This document shows positions 1 through 8,904 of a stretch of 28,386 nt of DNA, one piece after another. The DNA comes from a virus (Duplodnaviria; Heunggongvirae; Uroviricota; Caudoviricetes), in IMG/VR virus record IMGVR_UViG_3300031994_000017, positions 122,023-150,408 of that record; one strand, given 5' to 3'. The notes under the pieces are model-generated. The model did no database searches, had not been told where the DNA came from, and saw nothing but the letters and a program-made list of their open reading frames with translations. The position numbers were made by a program, and so were the translations under genes. How positions within the stretch are numbered: the first letter of the stretch is position 1; every line of letters starts with the position of its first letter.

Positions 1-101
1 AATTCTTGAGAAGGCATAAAACATTCACTATCATAATTGCTTACATGAAGATTACGCCACTTATCAATCATACTATATTCTTTGTCAGTTAAAGAAATCA
101 T
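1..101 (-). CDS. hypothetical protein, N-terminal part only (runs off window)
   Basis: ATG at 101 after an AAAGGAAG RBS and its own promoter; reads MISLTDKEYSMIDKWRNLHVSNYDSECFMPSQE... open to the edge. Confidence 0.6.
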   Translation of the reverse strand, partial: MISLTDKEYSMIDKWRNLHVSNYDSECFMPSQE

Positions 102-121
102 TAATATACTTCCTTTATTTT

Positions 122-160
122 TTCTATATATATTATAATATATATTTTATTAAAAAGCAA
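122..160 (-). promoter_or_regulatory. sigma70-type promoter with ATATATAGAAA downstream element
   Basis: TTGCTT-17-TATAAT followed by ATATATAGAAA; the same or near-identical design recurs at 1002-1040(-), 1760-1798(+), 2527-2564(-), 4971-5009(-), 5711-5750(-), 14113-14151(-), 24741-24780(+). Confidence 0.8.
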
Positions 161-161
161 A

Positions 162-203
162 TAAAAAATCTCATTTTATAAGAGTAAAATGAGATTTTTT
201 ATT
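162..203. terminator. AT-rich hairpin, probable bidirectional terminator
   Basis: AAAAAATCTCATTTTA...TAAAATGAGATTTTTT inverted repeat downstream of the 258-977 gene. Confidence 0.55.
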
Positions 204-257
204 TATCTTTCCAGTTTACGATTTTATTTCGTAATTACGATTCGTTAAATATTCTTT

Positions 258-977
258 TTACTTCACGACGGAAATTCCAAGACAACGAGTAAGCCAAGTT
301 TGCTTAGTATTCTGATATTCCTTATGGTCTTTAATACCCGCAGTCATGTGATAAGTCACGTTAGGAGTAAGAGTCCGAGAAGTAGTTGCCCATACAAAAA
401 CATTTTTGTCCGCATCTTCCATCGTGTGAATATTAGAAATACCATAAGCGCTTTCAACTTGGACAACCTTTTTTACGGTAAGGTCTAACTGATAACGAGT
501 GCCAAGGGTGCCGAAGTATTGAGAAGGAGAGGGATCAAAAATGATTTCATCGACAATTTTTCTAATCTGGTCTTCGGGAAGAATAGTTTCATCATCTTTG
601 CTGATTTTTTCCCAATAGAGCTTAACAGGTTCAATCCCTTCGGGAATATTAGAAGGCAATTCTTCTTCTGATACAAAATACCAGCCCCAGTGGCGAGCAT
701 ATCTTGCGGAAGACATTTTAAACCAATCTTTATGCGGATAAGTGTCACCTTTAAAGATTGTAATATAACCCTTGCTAAAACCAAGAACTTCCTTCAAAGG
801 ATGATGTTTTTCGTTTTCTACGGGCTTTTCTCCATACATTTTACAATATTCACGTTCGCTATACCAACGCACGGTTTTAATGGTGCCAGTAGCAGTTTTT
901 ACCTTTACATAATATTTATTATTGGCGGCAAAGGGTTCTCCGATTTGTTCAAGAGTCTGATAAGATTTGGCAACCAT
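258..977 (-). CDS. hypothetical protein with probable C-terminal OB-fold-like domain
   Basis: Start moved to MVAKSY (ATG 977, AAAGGAAAGGA RBS, promoter 1012-1040); TAA stop; C-terminal beta-rich segment LDLTVKKVVQVESAYG...VFVWAT...IKDHKEY...TWLTRC resembles OB-fold modules (by eye). Confidence 0.8.
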   Translation of the reverse strand: MVAKSYQTLEQIGEPFAANNKYYVKVKTATGTIKTVRWYSEREYCKMYGEKPVENEKHHPLKEVLGFSKGYITIFKGDTYPHKDWFKMSSARYARHWGWYFVSEEELPSNIPEGIEPVKLYWEKISKDDETILPEDQIRKIVDEIIFDPSPSQYFGTLGTRYQLDLTVKKVVQVESAYGISNIHTMEDADKNVFVWATTSRTLTPNVTYHMTAGIKDHKEYQNTKQTWLTRCLGISVVK

Positions 978-1080
978 ATTTATTAATTCCTTTCCTTTAT
1001 TTTCTATATATATTATAATATATTTTTTTAAAAAAATCAAAATAAAAAAGACGGAAGATATTGTTCTTCCGTCTTTTTGT

Positions 1081-1323
1081 TTATATGTTAAAATGTAATT
1101 GTCCCTCTAAACTATCATTTACTTCTTTTCTTTCAAGAATTTCATCCAATTTAGCGTTGCGGGCATGGGTATCTGCGAATGTAAAAGTGGTTGCTTCCGC
1201 ATCTCCGCACATTATAATATTTAGTTCTGTTGGTCTTTCTTTACTAATACTAACTCCCGCAATATTAAAATGCGGAATAAAATAAATGTAATCATCTTGT
1301 TCAAGTCTAATCCATTTTTCCAT
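1081..1323 (-). CDS. hypothetical protein
   Basis: 80 aa, AAGGAG RBS, directly follows 1330-1746, TAA stop. Confidence 0.75.
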   Translation of the reverse strand: MEKWIRLEQDDYIYFIPHFNIAGVSISKERPTELNIIMCGDAEATTFTFADTHARNAKLDEILERKEVNDSLEGQLHFNI

Positions 1324-1329
1324 TTTTAT

Positions 1330-1746
1330 TTACTCCTTATAATTAATACACTGTTTTGTGATGCGTTCTGCGTGTTTTGGATCAAAGTTAATATAGTCAT
1401 GCCAGACATAAAAATTATCATAATCCAAATGGTCAAAATCTGTGGGGATATAAGGACCAGCCACATCGTAGAGAACTTTATCTATTTCAGTAATAAAATG
1501 ATTATTTACATTATCATACCAAATGACTGGTCGGTGATCTTTAAAGCGATTGGAAAGGATGACCGCAAACCAATAGCAAGCGCCATTGAGAAAATGGTCT
1601 TCAATATCAAAATATGATACGTCAGAAGCGGAAGTAAATTTGTGAATAAAATCAATTACTTCTTGATTGACTGTAATTTTATTTCTGGCGGCAAAAGAGG
1701 TTTTATAATAATCCTTCCAATCTGTGTAGAAACGGTAGCGAGACAT
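1330..1746 (-). CDS. hypothetical protein, possible Cys-His-Asp (papain/transglutaminase-like) fold
   Basis: 138 aa, GGAGGA RBS, TAA stop; motifs GACYWFAVIL, NHF, LYD in catalytic-triad order. Confidence 0.75.
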   Translation of the reverse strand: MSRYRFYTDWKDYYKTSFAARNKITVNQEVIDFIHKFTSASDVSYFDIEDHFLNGACYWFAVILSNRFKDHRPVIWYDNVNNHFITEIDKVLYDVAGPYIPTDFDHLDYDNFYVWHDYINFDPKHAERITKQCINYKE

Positions 1747-1823
1747 AAGCTTCCTCCAATTGATTTTGTTAAAATTTTATGATATAATATTTATAGAAAT
1801 AATATAAAGGATGGTACTATATT

Positions 1824-2390
1824 ATGTAGATGCTAGAAGATTTTTGTTTAAGTATTATGGCGGGAATATTAATTGGTATAGCCTGTTATGCGAATTTGCT
1901 ATATGGCGGCGTTTTAGGTGCTTTTCTTTTCTCTTTTGGTCTTATTGTAATTGTTTATTTTAGATTTTATCTATATACTGGAGCTATTGGAAAAGTATTC
2001 GATGATAATGGACCAAAAGTATGGGAATTGGTAATTTTTTGGATTGGAAATTTCTTGGGGATTTGTTTCTTTGCGGCCGCAGTTGATTCTGTGATTGTTT
2101 CTTCTGCTGCTATTTTAGTTGTTGAGAAATACGCGGCGCTGGGGTTTTTGCGATTGGTTGGTTTAAGTATCTTTTGCGGCATGGCAGTATTTTTCGCTGT
2201 CTCAGGCGAAAAGAATATATTTAAGATTATTTTGTGTGTAATGATATTCGTGTTATGCGGATTTCCGCACTGTATAGCGACTATGGGCTACATCGTTTTT
2301 GCGAATGGGGTTTGGCCGCATTTTTGGATTTTAATTCCTATTACTATTGGTAATAGCGCAGGGGCTTTATTAGCTAGATTATGTTTATGA
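1824..2390 (+). CDS. formate/nitrite transporter (FNT) family membrane protein, short form
   Basis: Hydrophobic, with FNT-type motifs AGILIG, LFSFGL..LYTG, GNFLG, CGMAV..AV, FVLCGFPHCIA, GNSAGA; promoter 1760-1788. RBS AAAGGATGGT spacing favours ATG 1824 (ATG TAG ATG, code 15) over ATG 1830. Confidence 0.8.
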
Positions 2391-2391
2391 T

Positions 2392-2499
2392 TTAGAACAT
2401 TAGAGTAATAAGATAAATAAGATATAAAATTTGTGGTGCGTAAATATCTAGATGATATTTGTAATAGATATTACCGATTGCGTTAGCTATTAACCGCAT
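2392..2499 (-). CDS. small hydrophobic peptide (35 aa)
   Basis: MRLIANAIGNIYYKYHLDIYAPQILYLIYLITLMF*; AAAGGAG RBS and own promoter TTGATT-17-TATAAT (2536-2564); not in ORF track. Confidence 0.55.
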   Translation of the reverse strand: MRLIANAIGNIYYKYHLDIYAPQILYLIYLITLMF

Positions 2500-2581
2500 T
2501 GTTGGTTTTCTCCTTTTTTTATTTTTTCTATAAATATTATAGCATATTTTTTATTAAAAATCAATTTTAAGATTTTTAATT

Positions 2582-2719
2582 AAAATGGTAATTTGTGATA
2601 GTCACTGATAAAAGTGGTAAAAATTTTAGGCAATTTTTGATAGTTACCGATAAAAATGGTAAAATTGGATAGTTACTATTAAAGTGGTAATTTTTGATAG
2701 AGACTTATTAAAATGGTAA
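2582..2719 (+). repeat. iteron-like direct repeats AAA(A/G)TGGTAA-N5-GATAG
   Basis: AAARTGGTAA at 2582, 2611, 2653, 2681, 2710 (spacings 29, 42, 28, 29 bp); a sixth copy with GATAG at 3441. Confidence 0.75.
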
Positions 2720-2806
2720 TTTAGGAAAAAAATATTAAAATTTTTGGTATTTTTTAGATAAAGTATTAAAAGTAATTTTTATATATAGTAGAAGGAGGGA
2801 AGTATA

Positions 2807-3442
2807 ATGGAATAGAAACGTTTTCCTGCGGATACTGTATTAAGTTATTAGACTTTTTTAAATGATAAGAAGATAAACGGAGAATTATATGCTTTGATGT
2901 AGAGATATAGTAAATATGAAGTGTTGGATAAGGATAAAAATAAATTTAGAACTTATGTAATGAAAAAAGATTTACCTTCATAGAAGGTTATTATGGAAGC
3001 ATTAGATATAAAAAGTCCAAAGACTCTTAAAGCGCATATAAATTATTTATTAGAGTAGGGATATATTGTTGAGGGAGATAAGTGTTATGATTTGCCTGAA
3101 AAAGAAGATATTTATTTTTTAATACCTTTAGAAACTTTGTAGTATTTAAATGATAATTGTAAAGAGCATGTTATAAAGATATATATTTATTTAGGATAGC
3201 GATATAAAATGGTTGAAAAAGAAGATAGAGATTATGTTTTTACTTTAGAAGAAATAGGGGAGCATATTGGAATTGCGGTTAAAAATCATAGTGCGGGTTA
3301 TAGAGTTGTAAAAAATGCTTTGGATTTGTTGTAGAATAGTGGCTTAATAGATTATGTGGGATATTTTGATGGAGTTTCTTAGAAGAAGAAGCTGCGTGAA
3401 TTCAGTTTTGAGTATCACAAAAATGGATGTAAAAACATTTAA
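2807..3442 (+). CDS. tandem winged-helix DNA-binding protein, candidate replication initiator (code 15, 211 aa)
   Basis: GAAGGAGGGA RBS, ATG 2807, TAA 3440-3442; open only if TAG=Gln (9 TAG, no CAA/CAG). Two wHTH-like segments: LDIKSPKTLKAHINYLLEQGYIVE and FTLEEIGEHIG...VVKNALDLLQNSGLIDY. Confidence 0.8.
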
Positions 3443-3475
3443 AGTGGTAAAAATGGATAGATTATCTAAGTATAG

Positions 3476-3559
3476 AGATTTTTTACTTTTCTTATTTCGG
3501 AACCTTCGGTTCCTCAATAGAAAAGTAAAAAATCTAGGGTGGGCTAAAAAGCCCACCCT
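3476..3559. other. two adjacent inverted repeats (cruciform/terminator) after the Rep-like gene
   Basis: AGATTTTTTACTTTTCT...GGAACC-TTC-GGTTCC...AGAAAAGTAAAAAATCT (3476-3535), then AGGGTGGGCT-AAAA-AGCCCACCCT (3536-3559). Confidence 0.65.
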
Positions 3560-3587
3560 TACTGTGCTGAAACTAGGGGGAGGAATA

Positions 3588-3671
3588 ATGAAATGAAAAT
3601 AGGGGGTAGAATGGTTTGAAAAAATGAAATGAAAAAGTGTTCAAGGAACGAATTGAAAAATGAAATGAAAA
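3588..3671 (+). repeat. ATGAAATGAAA short repeats
   Basis: Three ATGAAATGAAA units at 3588, 3624, 3660; similar run at 17579-17663. Confidence 0.55.
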
Positions 3672-3999
3672 GAAAGATTTCAAAAATTGAGATAAAAAAA
3701 TAAACAGCTAAGCAGCTGTTTTAGTTGAAAATATAAATTTTTTTGGTAAAATATATATGGAAAATGAAATATATGAAAAAGTTTTTATATATATTTAAAT
3801 AAGAATATGAATAAATGAATGAGATTATATAAATATATATATGGTATAAAAAAATAAAAAGTTATAATTATTAAAATATTTTAATATCTTTTGTAGTAGG
3901 GAAATTAAAATATTAAAATATTTTAATTATAAGAATAATTTAAAGAAATATAAAAGATTACTAATATGAAAGAAAGGAGTAGGGAGTAAAAGTTAAGTA

Positions 4000-4260
4000 T
4001 TATTTAGTAAATAATAATTTGTATGGTAATTTATTACTAGGTAAAACTATTTAGTAAAATATTAAGTAAAAATGTTTAGTGAATTATTTAGTAAAATAAT
4101 AAACATTTTACTAAATTTATGGATTTTATTAAAATTAGTTGTAAAATTTATTAAAATATTTAGTAAAAACTTAATAAAATTTAGTAGATTTTAGTAAAAT
4201 TTATTGAAAATTTAGTAAAATTGTAAAATTATTTGTGAAATTATTCACTAAATTTTTGTA
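4000..4260 (+). repeat. AT-rich TTTAGTAAA repeat array (left boundary of small-gene region)
   Basis: About ten exact or one-mismatch TTTAGTAAA copies, a few inverted (e.g. TTTACTAAA 4107), in ORF-free DNA. Confidence 0.75.
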
Positions 4261-4529
4261 AAATATTAAAGTTGTAAAATCATAAAATTATAAAATTGTG
4301 AGAGTGGGGTGCCCCGCCCATCCGATTGCCCCAATCGCTTACCTCGTAATCGTTACCGAACACTTTTTCAAGAACTTTTCCAATCGGTTTTAAAAAAGTG
4401 AGGCCCAAGTCAGAGCCCCACTTCTCAAACCATCCATAACCACAGCTAGGAAGAGTTCTACGCCCATTTTTTCTAATCTTTTATAAACTTTGTCAAGCTA
4501 CAAATTTTTGAGGCTCAAAATGCCGAATT

Positions 4530-4946
4530 TCAAATAAATTTGCTAATGGTTTTAAGGAAATCCGCCAATACCTCATCATCACTCTTTGCCCTCTTACAAG
4601 AGCATTTATAGGTCTGGTCCTGTTCTTGAGCAGAGAAAAGACTACCCATTGCCTCAACTAGGTCAAGAGATTCTGCAACGCCTTCATTAAAATCATTCTT
4701 GACGAAAACAAAAGAATCCATTCCGATCGCATCACAGTATTCCCGCAACGCTTCGCTATACTTTTCCGCGAACTTCTTCCGTGCGGCATTCTTCTTTTCT
4801 TCTTTCTCCTGGGCAGCACGTTTGGCCGCCATAGCTTCATTGTGCTCCTTTTCAGCGCGTTCAAGGTCTTTTGACATCTGGGCTGCCAAGTCCTCCGCCT
4901 TAACACCTTTGCGCAACTGAGCCAACAATTCAGAATAAAAATCCAT
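4530..4946 (-). CDS. hypothetical coiled-coil protein
   Basis: 138 aa, GAAGGT RBS, own promoter TTGATT-17-TAAAAT, TGA stop; charged helical N-half. Confidence 0.8.
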   Translation of the reverse strand: MDFYSELLAQLRKGVKAEDLAAQMSKDLERAEKEHNEAMAAKRAAQEKEEKKNAARKKFAEKYSEALREYCDAIGMDSFVFVKNDFNEGVAESLDLVEAMGSLFSAQEQDQTYKCSCKRAKSDDEVLADFLKTISKFI

Positions 4947-5047
4947 ATTTTTTACCTTCTTTTCTTATTTTCTATATATATTTTATCAAAAATTTTTATA
5001 AAAATCAACTTTTTCAGCTATTGGATGAATTATTTTCAATTTTTTAT

Positions 5048-5076
5048 TTGATTTATTTAATTTTTTATGTTATAAT
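5048..5076 (+). promoter_or_regulatory. rightward sigma70-type promoter with no downstream ORF
   Basis: TTGATT-17-TATAAT with TG extension, divergent from the 4946 gene promoter. Confidence 0.6.
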
Positions 5077-5563
5077 ATATGGGGGAACAGCTTTTACATA
5101 AATATATGAATATTTAGCATAAAAAATTGCGTGAAATGGGCCAAACAATCGGAACTTTCAGGTGATAATGCGGCCATATGCGAACATGCGATTGGCCCAA
5201 TCGGGTGTAAGCTCAACTTGTAATTTCGGGAAAACGCATATGCGTTCTCACTTTCAACATTTTGTGCGGCCATATGGTAAGAGGTTGCGTGCGCGGGATT
5301 TCGGGCCTTCGCCTGCGTCTGCGGCCCGATGAGTTGACATAATTCGGGATTATGTAGACCGGCCCCTAAATGAGAATATAGACAATTACAAATCAGAGGT
5401 GGCTTCTCAGTCCAAAAACGGCGCGCTACGATAGAAAGCGCGCCGGCCAAAAAATTTTGGGAAATTGAGCTAAATTTAGATAAATTTATATTTTGGTCAA
5501 TAAATGCTAGTGGCCTTAGTCTGCGGAAATTCGAGACTACACGAGCAGTCCCGGCGCTTGCGG

Positions 5564-5683
5564 TTAGCACCAATCAGTGGGTAATTTGCCGCAAAAATCA
5601 CGCAATACGCATTTGCCGCAATCTTCAGCATTCAAACAAGTAGCTAACAATTGAAGCAAAGCTTTCACCAATTCACTAGGCAT
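5564..5683 (-). CDS. small Cys-rich peptide (39 aa)
   Basis: MPSELVKALLQLLATCLNAEDCGKCVLRDFCGKLPTDWC*; GAGGTG RBS; promoter 5722-5750; not in ORF track. Confidence 0.7.
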   Translation of the reverse strand: MPSELVKALLQLLATCLNAEDCGKCVLRDFCGKLPTDWC

Positions 5684-5771
5684 TTATAAATTCACCTCAA
5701 CTTTATTTATTTTCTATATATATTATACAAAAAATTTTTATAAAAATCAAATGAGGGGCGCTAGCCCCTCA

Positions 5772-6050
5772 TTAAGCATGATAGATTTTACCATCTACTA
5801 CATAGATGATAGACTCTATTCCATCATAGTCGTGGATTTCCCAGTCGGTAGTATTGTCCGGGATTTCTACCACATGTAATTCCGCGTAATCACCATTTGC
5901 GTCTTTCCCAAGAGTTTCAACAACTTTTACGAGATTAGGATTATAGCGGGCAAGCTCATCGGCGTCCCAGTAATCCGCCAGACCAAGCTTTTCTGCCGCA
6001 ACCTCAGATACCTCAAAACCACCAAAGCACTTATTGAGAACAAACTTCAT
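5772..6050 (-). CDS. phage hypothetical protein
   Basis: 92 aa, AAAGGAG RBS, TAA followed by ATGAGGGGC-TAGC-GCCCCTCAT hairpin. Confidence 0.8.
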   Translation of the reverse strand: MKFVLNKCFGGFEVSEVAAEKLGLADYWDADELARYNPNLVKVVETLGKDANGDYAELHVVEIPDNTTDWEIHDYDGIESIIYVVDGKIYHA

Positions 6051-6210
6051 TTTTATTATCTCCTTTCATTTGCGCACGAATATAATTGATTTCTTCTTCT
6101 GTTAAACTTTCATATTCTTCTTTGACTTCTAGGTCTTGACAATAAGGTGGATAAAATACATCTGGATACGTTACCATCCAAATGGTTAACCGATGAAATT
6201 TGGTCCTCAT
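6031..6210 (-). CDS. hypothetical protein (59 aa)
   Basis: MRTKFHRLTIWMVTYPDVFYPPYCQDLEVKEEYESLTEEEINYIRAQMKGDNKNEVCSQ*; AAAGGAG RBS; first gene after promoter 6241-6269; not in ORF track. Confidence 0.65.
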   Translation of the reverse strand: MRTKFHRLTIWMVTYPDVFYPPYCQDLEVKEEYESLTEEEINYIRAQMKGDNKNEVCSQ

Positions 6211-6265
6211 TTTTATTGTCTCCTTTCATTTGGTATCTTAATTATACCACGCGGAAGGGCTTTTG

Positions 6266-6700
6266 TCAAGCCCTTTTCCGCAAAATCTCAAAAATTTTTT
6301 CAGGAGTATACGCTGTGCCAGTCCAATCTTTGCGGACGGCCTCGCAATCGTCAAAGAGAATGTCTTCGTCAGATGCGAATAATTCTTTAGGATAGCCATA
6401 GGGAACAATATGGATTTCATTGAACCTAACGCTAGGGAGATGTTTCCGCAACCATTTTCTTTTAGCTTCCATTACATCTTGATTGTAAGTAGCGCTTCCG
6501 CCCTTGCTAGTCCAAGAGATAATACCAATGTTAATTCCGGAGCGCTGGGCCGCATTAAGTAGGCGGGCCAAGGTGGCGAAGTGAAGCAAAGGCTTTGCGT
6601 CAATATAGGGGCTGGGGTCACTGTTCCGCAATTTCGGGAGCCAGTTTTCTACACCATAGAGATCAGCGATTGTGCCGTCCATGTCAAAGTAAATAGTCAT
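6266..6700 (-). CDS. HAD-superfamily phosphatase (5'(3')-nucleotidase-like)
   Basis: Motif I FDMDGTIADLY, motif II IISW, motif IV ILFDD; own promoter 6746-6774. Confidence 0.85.
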   Translation of the reverse strand: MTIYFDMDGTIADLYGVENWLPKLRNSDPSPYIDAKPLLHFATLARLLNAAQRSGINIGIISWTSKGGSATYNQDVMEAKRKWLRKHLPSVRFNEIHIVPYGYPKELFASDEDILFDDCEAVRKDWTGTAYTPEKIFEILRKRA

Positions 6701-7298
6701 TTTTTTCTCCTTTCTTTTGGAGAGTTTCTCCCTCTCTGTGATTGTATTATATCATATCTTGAACTATTTGTCAAGTATTTTTTTAAGTAACCCCCTCAAA
6801 AAAGTCTCTTGCCGTGGCGCTCACTACGACCTAATAAAGTGTATCTGTTGCCCTTGGCTCACCTTTTTCTGTTGGGGGGAGTATCCTTCCCATTCTTGCC
6901 CCGCCAGGGAAATACTCAAAAGGCGTGCGGGCTACTTTCTTAAATCTAAAAGTAATAAAACTTTACCTGCTTTATCCGCTTTTTCAGTGTTTGAAAAATG
7001 GTTTGGGGGCAACATTATCCATAAAATGTCATCCAATCTGCTTTTTTGATACTCGCAGGAGCAGATGGGTTCAACCTCCACAGTCCCAAGTTCATGGCGC
7101 CCTTCCCTCGGAACAATTGTATTATAGCATATGGGGATGAAAATGTCAAGTGTTTTGGGAAAAATTTTTGAAAGAATTTTTATTCACTTTTGCGGATAAA
7201 AATACATAATTTATTGGTTTACATAAAATTCCGGTCGCTTGCGTTGTAAGCGACCGGCCCAGCTTTTGTGTAAAATGACGAAAAATCACCCTGTATCT

Positions 7299-7934
7299 CT
7301 ACAAGGTGATTTCCGCATAGGGAGAGGGAGTGTTGAAATAATATTCAGCGCAAGTGAAAAAATATTCAGTCGGAATATCCATGTCAAAAAATCGGTCATT
7401 CTTGTGAAAGACTTCGGGATAGTCTCTAATAAAGCAGGCCCGTAAATAACTCTCTAGGCCCTCGGCAGGCAGGTCTCCGCAATCCACAATTCCGCAAATC
7501 TTAACCTTGACAATTGGAAAACCGGTTTTCTGATAGCTTGCGATTTCTTGCTTTAAGCGGTCTAGGCAAGAATTAACAGTTGTTCCAATCTTTGTGAAAA
7601 GCGGTTTATTTGCGTCATTATAAAACTTGAAGAAATAGCACTTCTGACTCTTTTTCTTGCTATCCTTGCCTTGTGCGGTTTTCTCATATTTGATAACCAC
7701 ATTTCCCCAATTAATGAGAAAATCATCAAATTTGCTTGTTCTTCTGCGGTTGGTCTTGGGAGGCGTTTCCGCGTATGCGGTCTTGGCTTCATTCATGAGA
7801 TACTTATAGCCGCAATAGTCGGCAATAGTGGAAGCCTTTACGCCGATTTCTTCCGCGATTTCCGCGTAACTTTTTTCTTCAACAAAACGAAGATACAGAG
7901 CCTTTAAGACTCTTTCCTTTTTACTATCAGTCAT
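7299..7934 (-). CDS. N-terminal HTH plus GIY-YIG/T5orf172-like C-terminal domain protein
   Basis: KSYAEIAEEIGVKASTIADY is HTH-like; CYFFKF..FTKIGTT..DRLKQ resembles GIY-YIG/T5orf172; ends at TAG inside a terminator hairpin. Confidence 0.7.
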   Translation of the reverse strand: MTDSKKERVLKALYLRFVEEKSYAEIAEEIGVKASTIADYCGYKYLMNEAKTAYAETPPKTNRRRTSKFDDFLINWGNVVIKYEKTAQGKDSKKKSQKCYFFKFYNDANKPLFTKIGTTVNSCLDRLKQEIASYQKTGFPIVKVKICGIVDCGDLPAEGLESYLRACFIRDYPEVFHKNDRFFDMDIPTEYFFTCAEYYFNTPSPYAEITL

Positions 7935-7960
7935 TTTTTCTCCTTTTGGTGCGTCCCCCG

Positions 7961-8350
7961 CTATTTCTTCGGGGGACGCTTTTCCACAAGTGTTAGCTCA
8001 AAACGCTTTTCACCAACAGCAAAAGCAATCATGCGGTTTTTGTTAGTGATTTCTACGTTTTCGGGTTGGAATGTCGCTTTTTCGGCCATCAAAGTTGCGA
8101 TTTCTGCGACAATTGCTTCTTTCAGTTCGTTGGGCTTGCGCTCTCGGTGAACATCACTTTTGCGCTTATGCGTATCTACGTTAGCATATTTTTTAGCTCG
8201 CTTTTCTTCTTCGGGTGAGAAGTCAAAGTAAACACGCTTGCCGGAGTCAATTGCTTCATCCTCTTGGATAATATCAATTGCTTCTTCCCTAGAGCAATCA
8301 AGTGATTTCATCAATTCCGCAATCCGTCTTTCCTTTTGATTTGCGGTCAT
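7961..8350 (-). CDS. hypothetical protein, paralog of 9606-9965
   Basis: 129 aa, AAAGGGG RBS, promoter 8377-8405; TAG stop in the loop of GCGTCCCCCG/CGGGGGACGC hairpin. Confidence 0.8.
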   Translation of the reverse strand: MTANQKERRIAELMKSLDCSREEAIDIIQEDEAIDSGKRVYFDFSPEEEKRAKKYANVDTHKRKSDVHRERKPNELKEAIVAEIATLMAEKATFQPENVEITNKNRMIAFAVGEKRFELTLVEKRPPKK

Positions 8351-8434
8351 AGGTGTTTCCCCCTTTCGTTGGTTTTATTATAGCACCTTTTCCGCCATTT
8401 GTCAAGAGGTTTTTCAGATTTTTTGTGGGGAGGC

Positions 8435-8809
8435 TTACGCCTCCACCACAATCTGATAGAAGATATGATTCTTGCTCACAACCCTAGCCACCTTATTATC
8501 AGCGACAAGGTCCCTCATAAGGAAAGTCACCTTCGGGCCAGTCAGCCCAGCATCGGGAATGAGAACCTTTGCGATTGTGTCGGAGGAGTAAAGAGTCTCC
8601 GGCTCCATAGCAGAGAGAATATCCGCACGAAGGCCAGCGTCTGTTTCTCTCTTTGCGGTCTGGGCCTTGGTAGGCTTACGCTCCGCAGAATTACGTCTAA
8701 TGGTCACATCACGAAGCTGGACAAGCTTCTCCTGGACTTCGCCCTCAGTGCGGTCAATGGCAACATTCAGAGCGTCCACATAGGTCATCTTCTTAGTAGC
8801 AGTAGTCAT
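8435..8809 (-). CDS. probable winged-helix DNA-binding protein, paralog of 10022-10393
   Basis: 124 aa, AAAGGA RBS, own promoter; C-terminal LYSSDTIAK..GPKVTFLMRDLVADNKVARV..FYQI has a wHTH pattern. Confidence 0.8.
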   Translation of the reverse strand: MTTATKKMTYVDALNVAIDRTEGEVQEKLVQLRDVTIRRNSAERKPTKAQTAKRETDAGLRADILSAMEPETLYSSDTIAKVLIPDAGLTGPKVTFLMRDLVADNKVARVVSKNHIFYQIVVEA

Positions 8810-8904
8810 AGTATCAATTCCTTTCTGGTTTATTGGGTTTTCCTTCCCTTGATTACGCTCTTATTATAACATACTTTTTGAAGTTTGTCAAGAGGGAATT
8901 TCAA

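Noticed and set aside
3344-3596. Track ORFs 3344-3556(-) and 3354-3596(+)
   Set aside because: They overlap the code-15 Rep-like gene and the downstream hairpins; no RBS
5094-5573. 159-aa minus-strand ORF from the track
   Set aside because: No RBS or promoter, atypical composition, runs across palindromes and the hairpin module
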